NCBI GenBank assembly: GCA_002104905.1
Contig: MCFE01000714.1
Span: 1 to 42,673 of the forward strand
Direction: 5' to 3'
DNA from: Basidiobolus meristosporus CBS 931.73
Taxonomy: Eukaryota; Fungi; Basidiobolomycota
Length of the DNA: 42,673 nt
Shown here: piece by piece, positions 1 to 11,230 of the stretch
How positions within the stretch are numbered: position 1 is the stretch's first letter
How the letters are laid out: every line of letters begins with the position of its first letter
Translations under genes and position numbers: made by a program
The notes under the pieces: model-generated
Database searches by the model: none
What the model was told of the DNA's origin: nothing
The model's input: only the letters and a program-made list of their open reading frames with translations

Positions 1-449
1 ATTGCAAGCCTCTCTACCATGATGCATGCAGTCAGCAGTGGAATTATTGCAAGGATCCCTGTAAAAAATAATTTGGTCAAGCAGGTGGATCAAATCCAAA
101 TCAGCTGTCAGGATCCTGCCTGGGGACCATCATAATACCAGCAGCTTGGAATTAGTGACCCTCTTAGCAATTGTATGACAAGATTACAATGGCATTTGGC
201 TAATTTTACTGCCAAATAAAGTCAAAAAACTTGATAGTGTTTAATCAGTGCTGTGGCAATAATTGTGTGGCATTGTTGTAATCTTGATGTGTTCTACAGC
301 TACTTTGAATGTATCTAACTGGCCAGTGCATCCAGTTGCTTTATATGGCAAAAAACTTTACAGTGTCTTGACAGCCTCATTGCAAGTCTCTGATGGTATT
401 GTCATTGCAGTATTGCAGCCTAAAGCTAGTTCTGTACAATGCTACCATA

Positions 450-3201
450 TCAATTTACCAAATGGTATTTCCTTTCTCTACCTCCCCTTGGGCAACTCAT
501 ATATTCCACTGTAGAATCACCCCTCTTTATTTGCTTACCCACTACAACCTTGGGTATTTCTCCTACAGTTGAATCAAAAAATATGATGGCCTCCTGTTTA
601 TTAACCTCTACAAACAAACACACCTGCTGCAATTGACATATTTCTATTACCTCAAGTTTGCAGCTTCTTAGTGTGATACTTGCAAAGTTGCCATATACCT
701 TGTACTGCTGGTAACATATACATCTTGCCAACATATGATTGGTTGCAACCATGTCTGCTATGAATACCTCCTGAATATCCGCAAAGAGCTTTTTGGTATT
801 TAGCCAATATATTCCTTTTCCCTGTTGGACTCTAGCCCCCCTTATAGGTGAATTCTGGCTCTTGTTTGTGTGAATTCCATATTGAATGGTGTAGAAATTG
901 GCTTGTGACCCAGAGACATCTGGCATATCTTGGTAGAGGTTTCCTAATATGAATTAGTTGCTTGTTGCACCCAACCCAACTTTGCATTATTTAACTGATT
1001 CTCCATGCATTGGGGCTGCTTAGCTTCTTAATTCCATAGGCATAGGTGTCTTCATATGCACATCTGTCCTCAGTATTTTCTAACTCTTTCTTGCTGTCCT
1101 CCATGTGCCAACTGATCACATCCATGACAGAATGGAAGATAATATTCATGATGAGACTGGTATATGGTAATACCTGCAACTTAACTTGCCTTCCTGTTTC
1201 CCTACACATCTGCTCTATAGAAAGCTCCCACAAGGTGAAGCAAGGCCCAGTATTCTCCACACACCAAGCAAGATGGAGTAAAGAATGGATACATTAGCAG
1301 CAGAGATCTACACATTCAGCTTTATGCTTGTAGTATAGGCACTCAAATCCTGCTATAAACCTGTTGTATAACATCTGTATATGTATCAAGTTGGCATTGG
1401 TGATCTGCTTCTGGATAGGTATTACTAATGTCTACATCTTACTCCAAATGCTTTCAATGTACTCTTAGTAGGAATGGCTTCAGTGCACCACTTGAAAAAA
1501 TACATATCCAGTTCATCCAGTCTTTGCAGTTGTATTGTTGCATATGTGTATGAATATTGATTGGAGCCCATGAGAAGCACTCAGGGTAGCAGATGCTCTG
1601 TAGTATCTTGCCAATTCTTTCAAATTTCTCTGGTATCTCAAAGGGGTCATTTAGCTTGAAATGCCTTACAACCTAGTCATCAGTATAGGATATTGTTGAA
1701 ATGCAAATGCATTGCTCCCTGCAGAGAGCTTTTGCTCCAACAGATACCCTCTATCTTAAGTATCTCAGGTGACCAATATATTCCATATTCCAGCCAATGG
1801 CTTATAGCTTCCCAACCTTGCTGCAATTGCATACTGACATCTGTATGTTCTCTATGTGGGAAGATGATGTTCTTAGTGTTGGCTTTTGGGTGATAATAAT
1901 GTGTGTGAGTTATGGAGTATATCCCCTGGATCTCACACATTTGTCAGCAATACTGTCCATTGTGCCCAGAAAAGCCAGTTATCTTGCTGATGGCTAGGGT
2001 ATCTCCAATGCAGATAATAATATACACTTTGACATGATGGCCACTTACTGCTATCCTGCTGGAAAGCATACAAAATTCAACCAGCAGTGGATGCAGGTAG
2101 CTATCCCAGTCAGATGGTGATTTAGGCCCAGATACCAGTGACACTACCATCAGATTTTGCTCTGATACCATGAGATAGGCAGCAGATTCAGGCTGATGAG
2201 AATCAGTGGTCAGCAGGATTTGTTAATAGAGTACTTGTTTAATGAGAATCCAGCATGTACTAAGGCAAAGGCATGGTCATACATACCTTCAAAGTAGCCC
2301 TTGCTTCTTAGCTATTTATAATGTTTGCCATCAAATAAATTGAATATGTTTGGGCTTGATTGATACTGAGTTCAGTACTTTATAGCTTTGCAATATTTGC
2401 CAGACTACATGAGCTTCTTTAAATGGGGTATTACTAGAACATATCTGGAGTAGGAACAATGTTTTCCCTCAATGGTGGTTGATTCTTGTTAATATGCACA
2501 TGTTGCAATGGGGGCATTTTTGAGTGTGAATGCTATGCAACTGTTAGCACATGCTGGAATCTGGACAGTCACTGGGTCATATGTTGCCAGCTGCATGTTG
2601 ATTGTTCATTTGTACCATGCACATGTTAAGTTGCATCCTGGGATGATTTGGGCAAGAAGTAGTAGTAAATCCTCAAAGCCCCCATTACTAATATTAGTGG
2701 AAATGTGCCACTTCTCCAGCCACAACTTTACATCATTCACCATTAGATGGATTACTGGGCTCACTTGGCTGCATAAAGTATCCTTGGCATTTGTTTCAAT
2801 GGATACTGTCTCATTGCATATTAGGATTTCACTGGGCTCTTGCATGGTACTGTTGTTAGGGGAGATAGGCTCACAATCCATCAGTGTGCCTGCTTCTTCA
2901 GAGCTATCACTCTGCATGCCATATGGAGAAGGCTGAGGTGAACCTAAAGGCATCACAAACTCACCTGACTCAGTTTGCACATTGTTACAAAGACAGCCAG
3001 GTGCCAGTATAGAAGTATCAACTGGCTGGCAAGATAATGTTGGTACAGTAGTGACTGATGAATGGTCAAATATGACTTGTGTAGCAAAGCACTGGCCATG
3101 ATCCTTATAATACTTCCTATGTTATCTGTGTGCTTCATGGCCAAGCAGCTTGCTACAATAGCTACATGGTCTTTTTCTCTTCTCTTACCACATTGAATCA
3201 A
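450..3201 (-). pseudogene. Fragmented CACTA-type transposase (Transposase_21/tnp2-like)
   Basis: Family-typical motifs occur in the expected order in broken ORFs: KWHISTNISNGGFEDLL (2606-2980), GPKSPSDWDSYLHPLLVEF and GDTLAISKITGFSGHNGQYC (1944-2171), GAMHLHFNNI (1680-1940), GPCFTLWELSIEQMC (991-1260), and a C-terminal segment (450-926). Stops and frameshifts interrupt them. Confidence 0.8.
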
Positions 3202-3419
3202 AGTAGCCTTGTCAATGGGGCAAACAATTTGATCTTCAACAACATAACACTATTATATCACTTTTTTGTCAATACTCATGTGAATTTAAGACAGTCCTGT
3301 ATTTGAGACATTGCACCTACATGAATGTAAGACTCAATGAGGAACTGCCATTGTAAGCATTATAAATAAAGTTGTGACACCACATACCCATGTATATGTA
3401 ACACTATTTCCCCTTTGGT

Positions 3420-5485
3420 TTGACTGACTTCTATATTTATGCCACAAATAATAATGCAAAATTGTCTGGTTCTCTACCAAACTCCATCACTGATGGCAGC
3501 AGAAGAATGGTTGGACAACAGCTTGCTTTGGCATTCAGTGCAACAAGCAGGGCTAAATCTAAAAAAAGCCATGTTGATAGTGTTCCCACCAAAGGTAAAT
3601 ATGCAGACTCCTCAGGCTCTCAGTCAGGTAGGCAAATTAGAATTACTGCAGTGCTGCAAGTGGACTGTTATGCTCAGGCAGATGAAAGTGTAGCAAATGC
3701 AGTACCCTCAGTTGAAGACCAGAAAGCAGCCATCATAACATCACCACCACCTGTATTAGCATATATGTTGTCAGCTCATATCAAAGCATTAATGAAGCAA
3801 TTAGGTGCAGTGGCTGATAGGACAGATGCAGTGGCCCAGAGAAATAAGGAAATAGTCCAGAAACAGGATGAGCTGATAATTGGTGTAGAGCAATCAATAT
3901 CCCAGGTAGAGAAAACAGTATCTTTGCTGCAAAGAAGAAACACCAGTAGCTCAATGTCACAGCCAAGAATTGAGCCATTTCCCAGTGCAATATCAGAGGA
4001 AACACTGTTCAGTCTTTGAAGTACAACAACAGTGCCCAAAGATAAAGCCTACAGAAAAACCTATCACAGCATGGGAGGGAGAAAATGTGGTGTTTAAACT
4101 AAAGCCTAAAAGTCAAAAAATATTCAAGATCTGTGAAGCAATTGAGTGCAATAACTCAGAGTGGTCTAATATTCAAGAGGCTGTCAGAAGTCTAGCATGT
4201 CATCACCTAAGGCCAGCATATCATGGGACCATCAGGAACTCAAGGTCAGGAAGATTGCGCTTGACTTGTTCCATGAGCATTATACTGGATATAAACAGGC
4301 AAACAGATTTTTGGACCAGTATTAGTATGCTAAGAAAGTATCTTAAGAATAGTAGAAACTATCATATGCAGAAGAACAAGGGTGCCATTGCAAAAAATCA
4401 GCAGCTTCCTCAAGAGCCCATTACAAGCAGGGCAAAAAGCTCCAAACAAGAATCAAAGAGACCTCAGGTAGCGGGAAGAGTGCCAATTAGGGACAAGCAG
4501 GCAGACACGGATGCACCAGCACAACTTTTATCAAGGAAAAAGCATATTTCCACTCAAGAAGTACCCAGACAAAGCAGCAGTGAATGACCTGGCAGTGACA
4601 AAAACCAGCAGCTTTCTCAGGAGCCTGTCAGAACTCTGGCTGAAAGTTAAAACAAGCAGTACAGAAACATCAAGTTGCTAGGAGAGTGCCAGCAAGGGGC
4701 AAGCAGGCTAAAACAGATGTGTCAGAGCAGAATTTATCAAGGAGAAAATGTAGTTCATTACAAGAAGCACTCAGACAAAGTAGCAGTGAAAGACCTGTCA
4801 GTGATAAAGGAAAAGGTAAAGGGAAAAATGTCTACCCCAGCCTGTAACAGGGAAGCATATAAAGAGACTGCAGTTCTTGCCAATTGATGCCATAGGCCTA
4901 GAACCGACAGCATCCCATCATAGCCAAGAAGAATTACCAACAAGAAAACAGCAGTTCTTACAAGAGTTGGAAGTGCAGCCAGTTGAGCTACACTCCAGTA
5001 AGGTAGATGAGTTTGCAGAGAAAGGCAATTTGTCTACCACAGCCTCCACATCCTCCATTGTTGACAGAGTGGAGATCCCACTGACAGACAGGGCTACAAT
5101 GTCAAGAACTCAAAGGACTATTACAATGCCTTTGGTGGAATTTTGAAACATTAACATGAAATCCAAGAGGTTGCATTGCTTCTTCAAGAGCAGTGCTCAA
5201 GAAAATGCACTTGAATATTGCAAGGATTTATTGCAAAGACTGGCAGATGAGGTGCTAGACCTTGCAGTGCTGGCTGAAGTCCAGGATGTGTGGGAACCAG
5301 TGAATGAACAGTGGCATAAAGCTGTTGGGTTCCTGCCAAATTTGTGGAACCAGAGCATTACAGCAGAAATACATATTGAGTGGTGGATTTTAATGGAGTT
5401 ACTTGGTGAGTGTGGGGTTGGTATTGGGAGTTATCACTTTTGGGAAAGTTGGAATTCAGCTGATAGTATGATGGTATTCTGCTGA
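3420..5485 (+). pseudogene. Second, divergently oriented transposon-associated ORF of unknown function, disrupted
   Basis: Consecutive plus-strand ORF pieces (3420-4019, 3970-4587, 4675-4887, 4877-5146, 5156-5485) include a coiled-coil-like stretch and a low-complexity K/Q/S region. They share the CpG loss of the transposase. Confidence 0.5.
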
Positions 5486-6098
5486 CCTTTTCTTGAATTT
5501 TTCTTTCTTAGGGTGCCAGATCAGTTCAGTACTGTAAATTGTCTGGTACAATGTGGCATCAACCAACAGAACAAGTCCATTTTCCTCAGAAAGAAGAACC
5601 AATGACTTGGCACTAGAGTATGTATGCACAACCAAGTCAAACGCAAACCCAGCAAGATATACCATGTCACAGATTAAGTTGTGTAACTTCTTGATGTCTA
5701 TCTATGACTGAATCACCAGGAACACCATACAAGAACTGTCACCTGGAAAGCCAGACCCATTGATGGCTGGCGCACTGGAATTGGTTGCCTCGTCGTGAAG
5801 ATTCCCCCAGGTTCAGTATCTTCAAGTAGGCTGAAACTCGCACACAAGCGATCAACAAAAGGATTGCGGTAGGGTGGACGCGCAATGGAATGGCCAACAT
5901 CGACGAGTATTCAGATTGGCCAGGGAGCGATCAAGCATTCCGGCAGCCATTGCGGAGCCAGAGATGCTTCGTCATTCCATTCGACGGCCAGATATTGGTG
6001 GAAGGCGACATAAATCCCGAGCATCCGGCATTGATCTGGCAACCCCTTGATACCACTTCTACACGAAGGCAGTTCCACTTTCCCTGCGTAACCGAACC

Positions 6099-6967
6099 AT
6101 GGCATCTTACTTTGGTGAGTCGAGCTGCCCACCCAACTCCATTGTCGACCCGAAGTCCGTGAGCTAAACGAAACCTCCACCCCCTCTAAATCCCTTGTAG
6201 ATGATCACAATATCACGGAGACGGAGCAAGCACCCAACGAAGGAAACTTACTTTCGGCTCTAGAGTGAGTCTAGTTCTCGCAGCTCATTTCGTATTTGGG
6301 ACCATTACTAAACCTCGGAATCAACCTCTTTGAATCCCTCCCCCCCCCCTCTGCTGTCAGCTTCTTTACCTCTCTGAGAACGCAACAGCATACCGATGGA
6401 TCCAACCCACTAGAATACATTATATCCCAGCTTTTAGATGAATCCAACTCGAAGTAAGCCCAGTTCCCTATCCCTTTCAGTATGGTTTCCGGATTGTTGA
6501 AGCAAACCACGACCTTAAAGTGAGCGCGGTCCGCCACCCGCCTCCAAGGCCTTCATCAGGAAACTGCCCAACCTCCAGCCTGGTGAGATGAAGAAAGGTG
6601 GGACCCGGTAGCTAACGAACCCCCCAGACATACCTTGACTTTTCCTTCCTTAAGGGGAACTATGCTCCATCTGCAACGAGCCGTACTTGACGCCAACCGG
6701 CGCTCAGCAACCTTGCACCCGTTTGCCATGCACTCACGGCTTTCACAAGGAGTGTATCCAGCCTTGGCTAGAGCTGGTGAGTTAACGTCTACTTCTTCGG
6801 ACTTGTCCACCTTGACTCACCTTAAGGCCCTCTAGCATAACACTTGTCCGATGTGTAGACATGAAGTTCACTCGGACGACCCCCACTGGCAACGTCTCAA
6901 CCCCGATTCTTACGTCCCATACGATGAGGACTCTGAGGCGGACTTGAACTGGATGATGTATGGGTAG
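6099..6967 (+). CDS. RNF181: RNF181-like RING-H2 E3 ubiquitin ligase, 6 exons, 167 aa
   Basis: Exons 6099-6114, 6201-6264, 6361-6453, 6521-6597, 6655-6776 and 6836-6967 total 504 nt with GT-AG introns. The protein reads MASYFDDHN...GPPPASKAFIRKLP...CSICNEPY...[29 protein letters not shown]. The N-terminus resembles RNF181 MASYFDEH. Confidence 0.88.
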
Positions 6968-7398
6968 ATGGACATAGACACGCACACCTGTATCAACCCT
7001 CATATGCGATGTGAACCTTGTGTATGTACTCCTTGAAATTAAACCGGGCATTCTCCCGCCAACACATCATCACCCCACCATTCAGCCATTACTTTGGATC
7101 CTCAGTTTGCACCATTTGCCACCACGACACGACATCGGCTCGAGACGGGCAATTCCCTGGTTAGGAATCCATTTCTACGTATACCTGATGTGATACGGTC
7201 GCCTGATTCATGTTCGGTCAAGTGGATTTCTCACCGGGATGCTATCACTCGATGTGGGCCAGTGACCCCTCCACTCCCAGCGACTCGTGCTTGGTGCAAC
7301 ACCAACAAAGATCATACGTGAAATGAGTCAATTCTCAAGGTGTTGGCATAAACCCCTCAGTGGCCATATGACCCCCCCCCCAGCCGCAGTCGACGCTG

Positions 7399-7761
7399 GG
7401 CATTATTAATCACTAGCCACTAGCCACACCATATCCGTCCGATCATTTATTATTGTTCAATACGTCGGGGGAAAGCCCATCTGGTTTCCGGCGACACATC
7501 CAGCAGTCAGCGAATAGGTTGGTTCGACCGTTATTTCCCAACGCACCAGAAAGCAAGCAGCCGCGAGGGCACAGCGCTTCTCCCAACCGGCGCGTCCCCG
7601 CCGAACCCTGTTGGCTCATGGGAGGCGCTGTGTTACATGGTGATGAACCCTTTCATTTCCAACCATGCTATTAGGCTGGGTAAGGGTTAGCCGGGACAAG
7701 GTTCCAGGCCAGAAATCGAGTGGAGTGCGGCTGATCATTGAGTGGTATTGGTGGGAATGCC
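7399..7761 (+). ncRNA. Candidate structured non-coding RNA, family not assigned
   Basis: Nested long-range helices and a row of hairpins lie in a GC-rich non-coding gap between two convergent genes. G-U pairs favour the plus strand. Folded by eye only. Confidence 0.35.
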
Positions 7762-8060
7762 ATGATGTGTGGGGAATTTAAGAATCCGAAACGATCGATG
7801 GAACACACCAGTATGTAGAGCCGCTCAAATCAGATAAGAAGTAACCCCGCAGGTTGATGTTGCGGTGGGACTCGCGTACCGGCCGGCTGGCCGGTCGAGC
7901 CATCTCCTGTAACGTAAGGGGGGATGGTGGTTATCAGTGGGTTTATTGGTTTTATTGAAGCTATGGACTGGAGGGAGACGTTCGAAACCTTTCGGGTATG
8001 GGTCCCGCTTGGAGAGGGGAAAAGGAATCTCGGTTCGACCTCCATCCGGCAATTCTTCGC

Positions 8061-8787
8061 TTATGCGTCCTTTGGAAGGTTAGCGAAACGCAGGTAGGGT
8101 CGGACTTCTTTGTACCCGGGAATTCCTTCTCGGCCTCTTCACGGGTCACACTGTTATGTACAATCACCTCCTGACCAGGGGTCCAGTTGGCAGGAGTCAC
8201 CACCCTGCTACGATCGGTGAGCTGAAGTGAATCCACAACCCTAAGGATTTCATCGAAATTCCGGCCACAGCTGGCGGGGTAAGTAATGGTGAGGCGGATC
8301 TTCTTGTTTGGGTCGATGATGTACACGCTACGGATGGTAAAGGGGATTCCATCGAGGACGTTGGTAGGGTCATGCTCCTCGGAGTCCAGCATATCGTACA
8401 ACTGGGCAATCTTGCGGTCTACATCGGCGATGATTGGGAAGCGCAGGTCAACGTTGCTTACTTCGTTGATGTCCACCACCCACTGGTCGTGGTCTTTCAG
8501 ATCGTTGGTGGAGAGTCCGATCGCTTTAACATTACGCTTTTGAAACTCCTCCGACAACTTGGCGACCTCACCTAACTCGGTCGTGCACACAGGGGTGAAA
8601 TCGGCGGGGTGGGAAAACAATATGGCCCAAGAATCCCCAATCCACTCGTGAAAGTTGATGGGCCCGTTTGTGGTATCCGCCTGGAAGTCTGCGTTTCGAA
8701 AGGTGTGGGTTAGTGTGGAGGTAGAGGCTTTTCAGGTGGTCAAGATGGCTTACCAGGTGCAATACTACCAAGTCGTAATGCAGACAT
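8061..8787 (-). CDS. PRX1: 1-Cys peroxiredoxin (Prx6/PRX1 family) with an apparent one-base deletion near the C-terminus
   Basis: MSALRLGSIAP, intron 8689-8753, then DFQADTTNGPINFHEWIGDSWAILFSHPADFTPVCTTELG (the PVCTTE motif) and TYPASCGRNFDEILRV. The canonical tail YKEVRPYLRFANLPKDA* is in the -1 frame after 8115-8120. The coding length is 662 nt, one short of 663. AATAAA signals lie at ~7943-7956. Confidence 0.93.
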
Positions 8788-8895
8788 CGTGCTTGTGAGC
8801 CCCGATTGCGATGATTTTCCGGTATTTATATCAACGAAAATCACCAAGGTTGATGAAAAATGTGGATCCAAATGATAAATATACACGTCAGATGA

Positions 8896-8905
8896 TTAGG
8901 GTTTT
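8896..8905. promoter_or_regulatory. Telobox-like TTAGGGTTT motif ~110 bp upstream of the peroxiredoxin start
   Basis: The sequence TTAGGGTTTT is present. Function is inferred only from known promoter binding of TTAGGG by Tbf1/Teb1-type Myb proteins. Confidence 0.2.
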
Positions 8906-9408
8906 CGCAACTCTATATGGTAAATGCATAAGGATTGGTAATCAAATCATACCAATATAGACTCGAAGGAAGCAAAGTGAGCTTAAGATTATTGGGGAAT
9001 CCATCAGGATTTCAATGAACCCGGCGTGGCATGGATTGCATTATACGTAATGATAATCGCGAACCCGATGCGATGAAAACATTCATTGAAAGTAGGATCA
9101 CGGGTCATGGGTCAAAAAACCATAACACCTCCTCTCTTTGGAAGTACCAAGCAAACTGCATTCAACCCACTTGTCCCGAGAATGGAATGCGTTGAGCCTA
9201 CTCGCAATACGTTCTGTGTTGGCCTTAAAACCACCCTTCATTGCAGTGTGTTTATCAATTGAGTTTAACTGGAAGTGACATTGAGATACATAATGAACCA
9301 CCACTAAAGAGATACGAGGATGTTGTGATGTAGAGCCAGTTAGTGGCCTGTGGTTGTATGTCCCACAATGATAATGAGTTGAGAGGGGGGCGAGCGAACC
9401 TACCAGGA

Positions 9409-11230
9409 TCAGACGGAAGTTCCTAACAGCGCAGTTCTCTCGTTAGGCTGCTCCAACAATTCTCTATGTTCGTCGCAGCCACCACTCGAGTTGGACCTCG
9501 GAAGACCTGGGTTCTTGTTTTTAAGGTGCTCAGGCACATCATTACGTTTGGAGCTAAACGAAAGGCCCTTTGGCCATTTTTTGTTTTCTCCCGGTACAAG
9601 CAGGTCCGACTTCTGGTTTGTTGTCGAGGTATTGGGCCCGTTTTGACCATCCATGGTAGAGCGACGACGTATACGTGGATTCATGGCACGGATGACACGA
9701 ATCTTTTTGGCGACATCGACGAAAACGTCCGTTTCGTCCACAATCTCTTCCTGGATAATCTCCTCTAATACATCCTCCAATGTGATAATTCCTATGGGGC
9801 TCGAAGGACTACTGGGATCGACTACCTGTGCCATATGACCTTTGAAATGAACAGACCGGTTAGACATGGGGAATCACAAAGCATCGTAATTGAGTGGCGA
9901 TATTACTTCCTCCCTCTTGGAATCTGTTCAGCAAGTCGAACAACGATTCCTCCAGGCAGACCTTGGGACTGTCGAAAATCTTGACCTCGCTGATAGGCAC
10001 AGCGTCTTCGGGATTGAGTAGGATTAGATTCTGAAAGTGTTTGGTTGAAAAATGATGAGTACGCCTTTCTTGTAGAGCCAATGTTTGCAGTCAGGGCAAT
10101 CACCTTCACTAACAACACGCCAACGATATTATTGGGTGTTTCTTTGTAAATTGGGACACGACTGTGACCAGCTCGGAGAATATCTGTCATCGTCTTACGG
10201 TCCAGCCTCGACTCGAAGCTGAGGGAGAACACGTATTTCATTGGGGTCATGACCTCCTTGACTGTCTTTCCGCTGAGGTCTAAAGCTCCCTGGATGATGG
10301 TTACCTCATCGTGAGTTAGTGAGCCACCTTGAGTGCTTTCATGTAAAGAGACAAGCTCTCGAAGCTCTATGTTTCGACAAATGAGTGGATTGTTTTTGTA
10401 AGGAGGAGCCGAGTGTTGAGAAATTACCAGCACGACGATATATCACCCCATGGTGTTCACCAAGAATCCAGTCTAGAAGACAAGCGATAGGATAGGCAAT
10501 AATCCACTACAAACACAACCAGATTTGTTAGTAGAGTTCAGTAAACCGCTCAAATCAGACTTACCATGATCCAAATAAGGATTCGGACTGGCCTAAAAAA
10601 CAACACAAACCACCGTTAATGTCTATCACTAAGCTGGATCGCGGGTATAAGATTTACCAAGCAAAGAAGGCACCAACTCTGAGGCCGTGGCGAGAGCATA
10701 CTGATTGAGGGATGATTTCACCAAACAACACAATCAATCCGGTCGACACAAGAATGGCAGTAAAGCCTCCTCCTCCAAACAAGGAGTCGAATAAAATAGG
10801 GAGCGTCTCGTTGACCAAAGTATTCGTCAACAACAAGGTAACAAGCAAGAGATGGCCGTTTTCACGGATGGGCTGGATTCTTGCCGCATACTTCTTTTGC
10901 TTTTCGTCACCAGAAGTAGCAAGGATGTGTAGATTGGTTTGATCCAATGACATCAAGCCGAGGGTCAAGCCTGGATTGAAGTAGTGAGCATACAAACAAG
11001 ATAACAGCATTGCCAGAGTGGGATCTACCTGCAACCAGTCCTCCAAACAGCACCAAGAAAATCGCCCCGCTGAGATAAAGCCAGAACATGGGGCCCTTTC
11101 CGGGCTCCAACTCATGCTCTTCAGCAACTTGGATCGGTGAATAGGGGGCAGCCCATACTGAAACGATAGCTTTAGATATAAGAATAACTAAGCCTGAGCC
11201 TTTCAGTAGCGGTAAGCGCGATTGACTCAT
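9409..11230 (-). CDS. MAM3: CNNM/Mam3-like DUF21 plus CBS-pair membrane protein (metal/Mg homeostasis), multi-exon
   Basis: Signal or TM N-terminus; GLTLGLMSLD; LLVTLLLTNTLVNETLPI; FGEIIPQSVCSRHGL; GALDLSGKTVKEVMTP; GHSRVPIY; GIITLEDVLEEIIQEEIVDETD. GT-AG introns join these in frame. Confidence 0.93.

Larger units (their letters stand above)
1..5760. mobile_element. Decayed CACTA/EnSpm-like (CMC superfamily) DNA transposon, CpG-depleted; left end probably outside the window
   Basis: Transposase fragments on the minus strand and a broken second ORF on the plus strand. Only about six CG dinucleotides found by eye in 5.7 kb, and CG returns abruptly at ~5770. No terminal inverted repeat or target-site duplication identified. 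Confidence 0.8.

Noticed and set aside
3200-5790. CACTA terminal inverted repeats (CACTA at ~3248 and ~3402, CACTG at 5773)
   Set aside because: They are in the wrong orientation or position for element ends, with no matching partner or 3-bp target duplication in the window.
7683-7690. Minus-strand CTAACCCT as a telomerase RNA template within the structured region
   Set aside because: It is only 8 nt and the next unit is broken (CTTACCC). G-U pairing favours the opposite strand, and no downstream pseudoknot partner was found.
7640-7740. C/D-box snoRNA (GTGATGA ... CTGA)
   Set aside because: The box C lies inside a strong stem and no convincing rRNA or U6 guide of 10 nt or more was found (only 8 nt to U6).
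7467-7800. RNase P/MRP assignment (GGAAAG, CAGAAA, AGTGGTAT and AATCCGAAAC resemble CR-I, CR-II, CR-IV and CR-V)
   Set aside because: The essential P4 pairing between the CR-I and CR-V candidates does not form.
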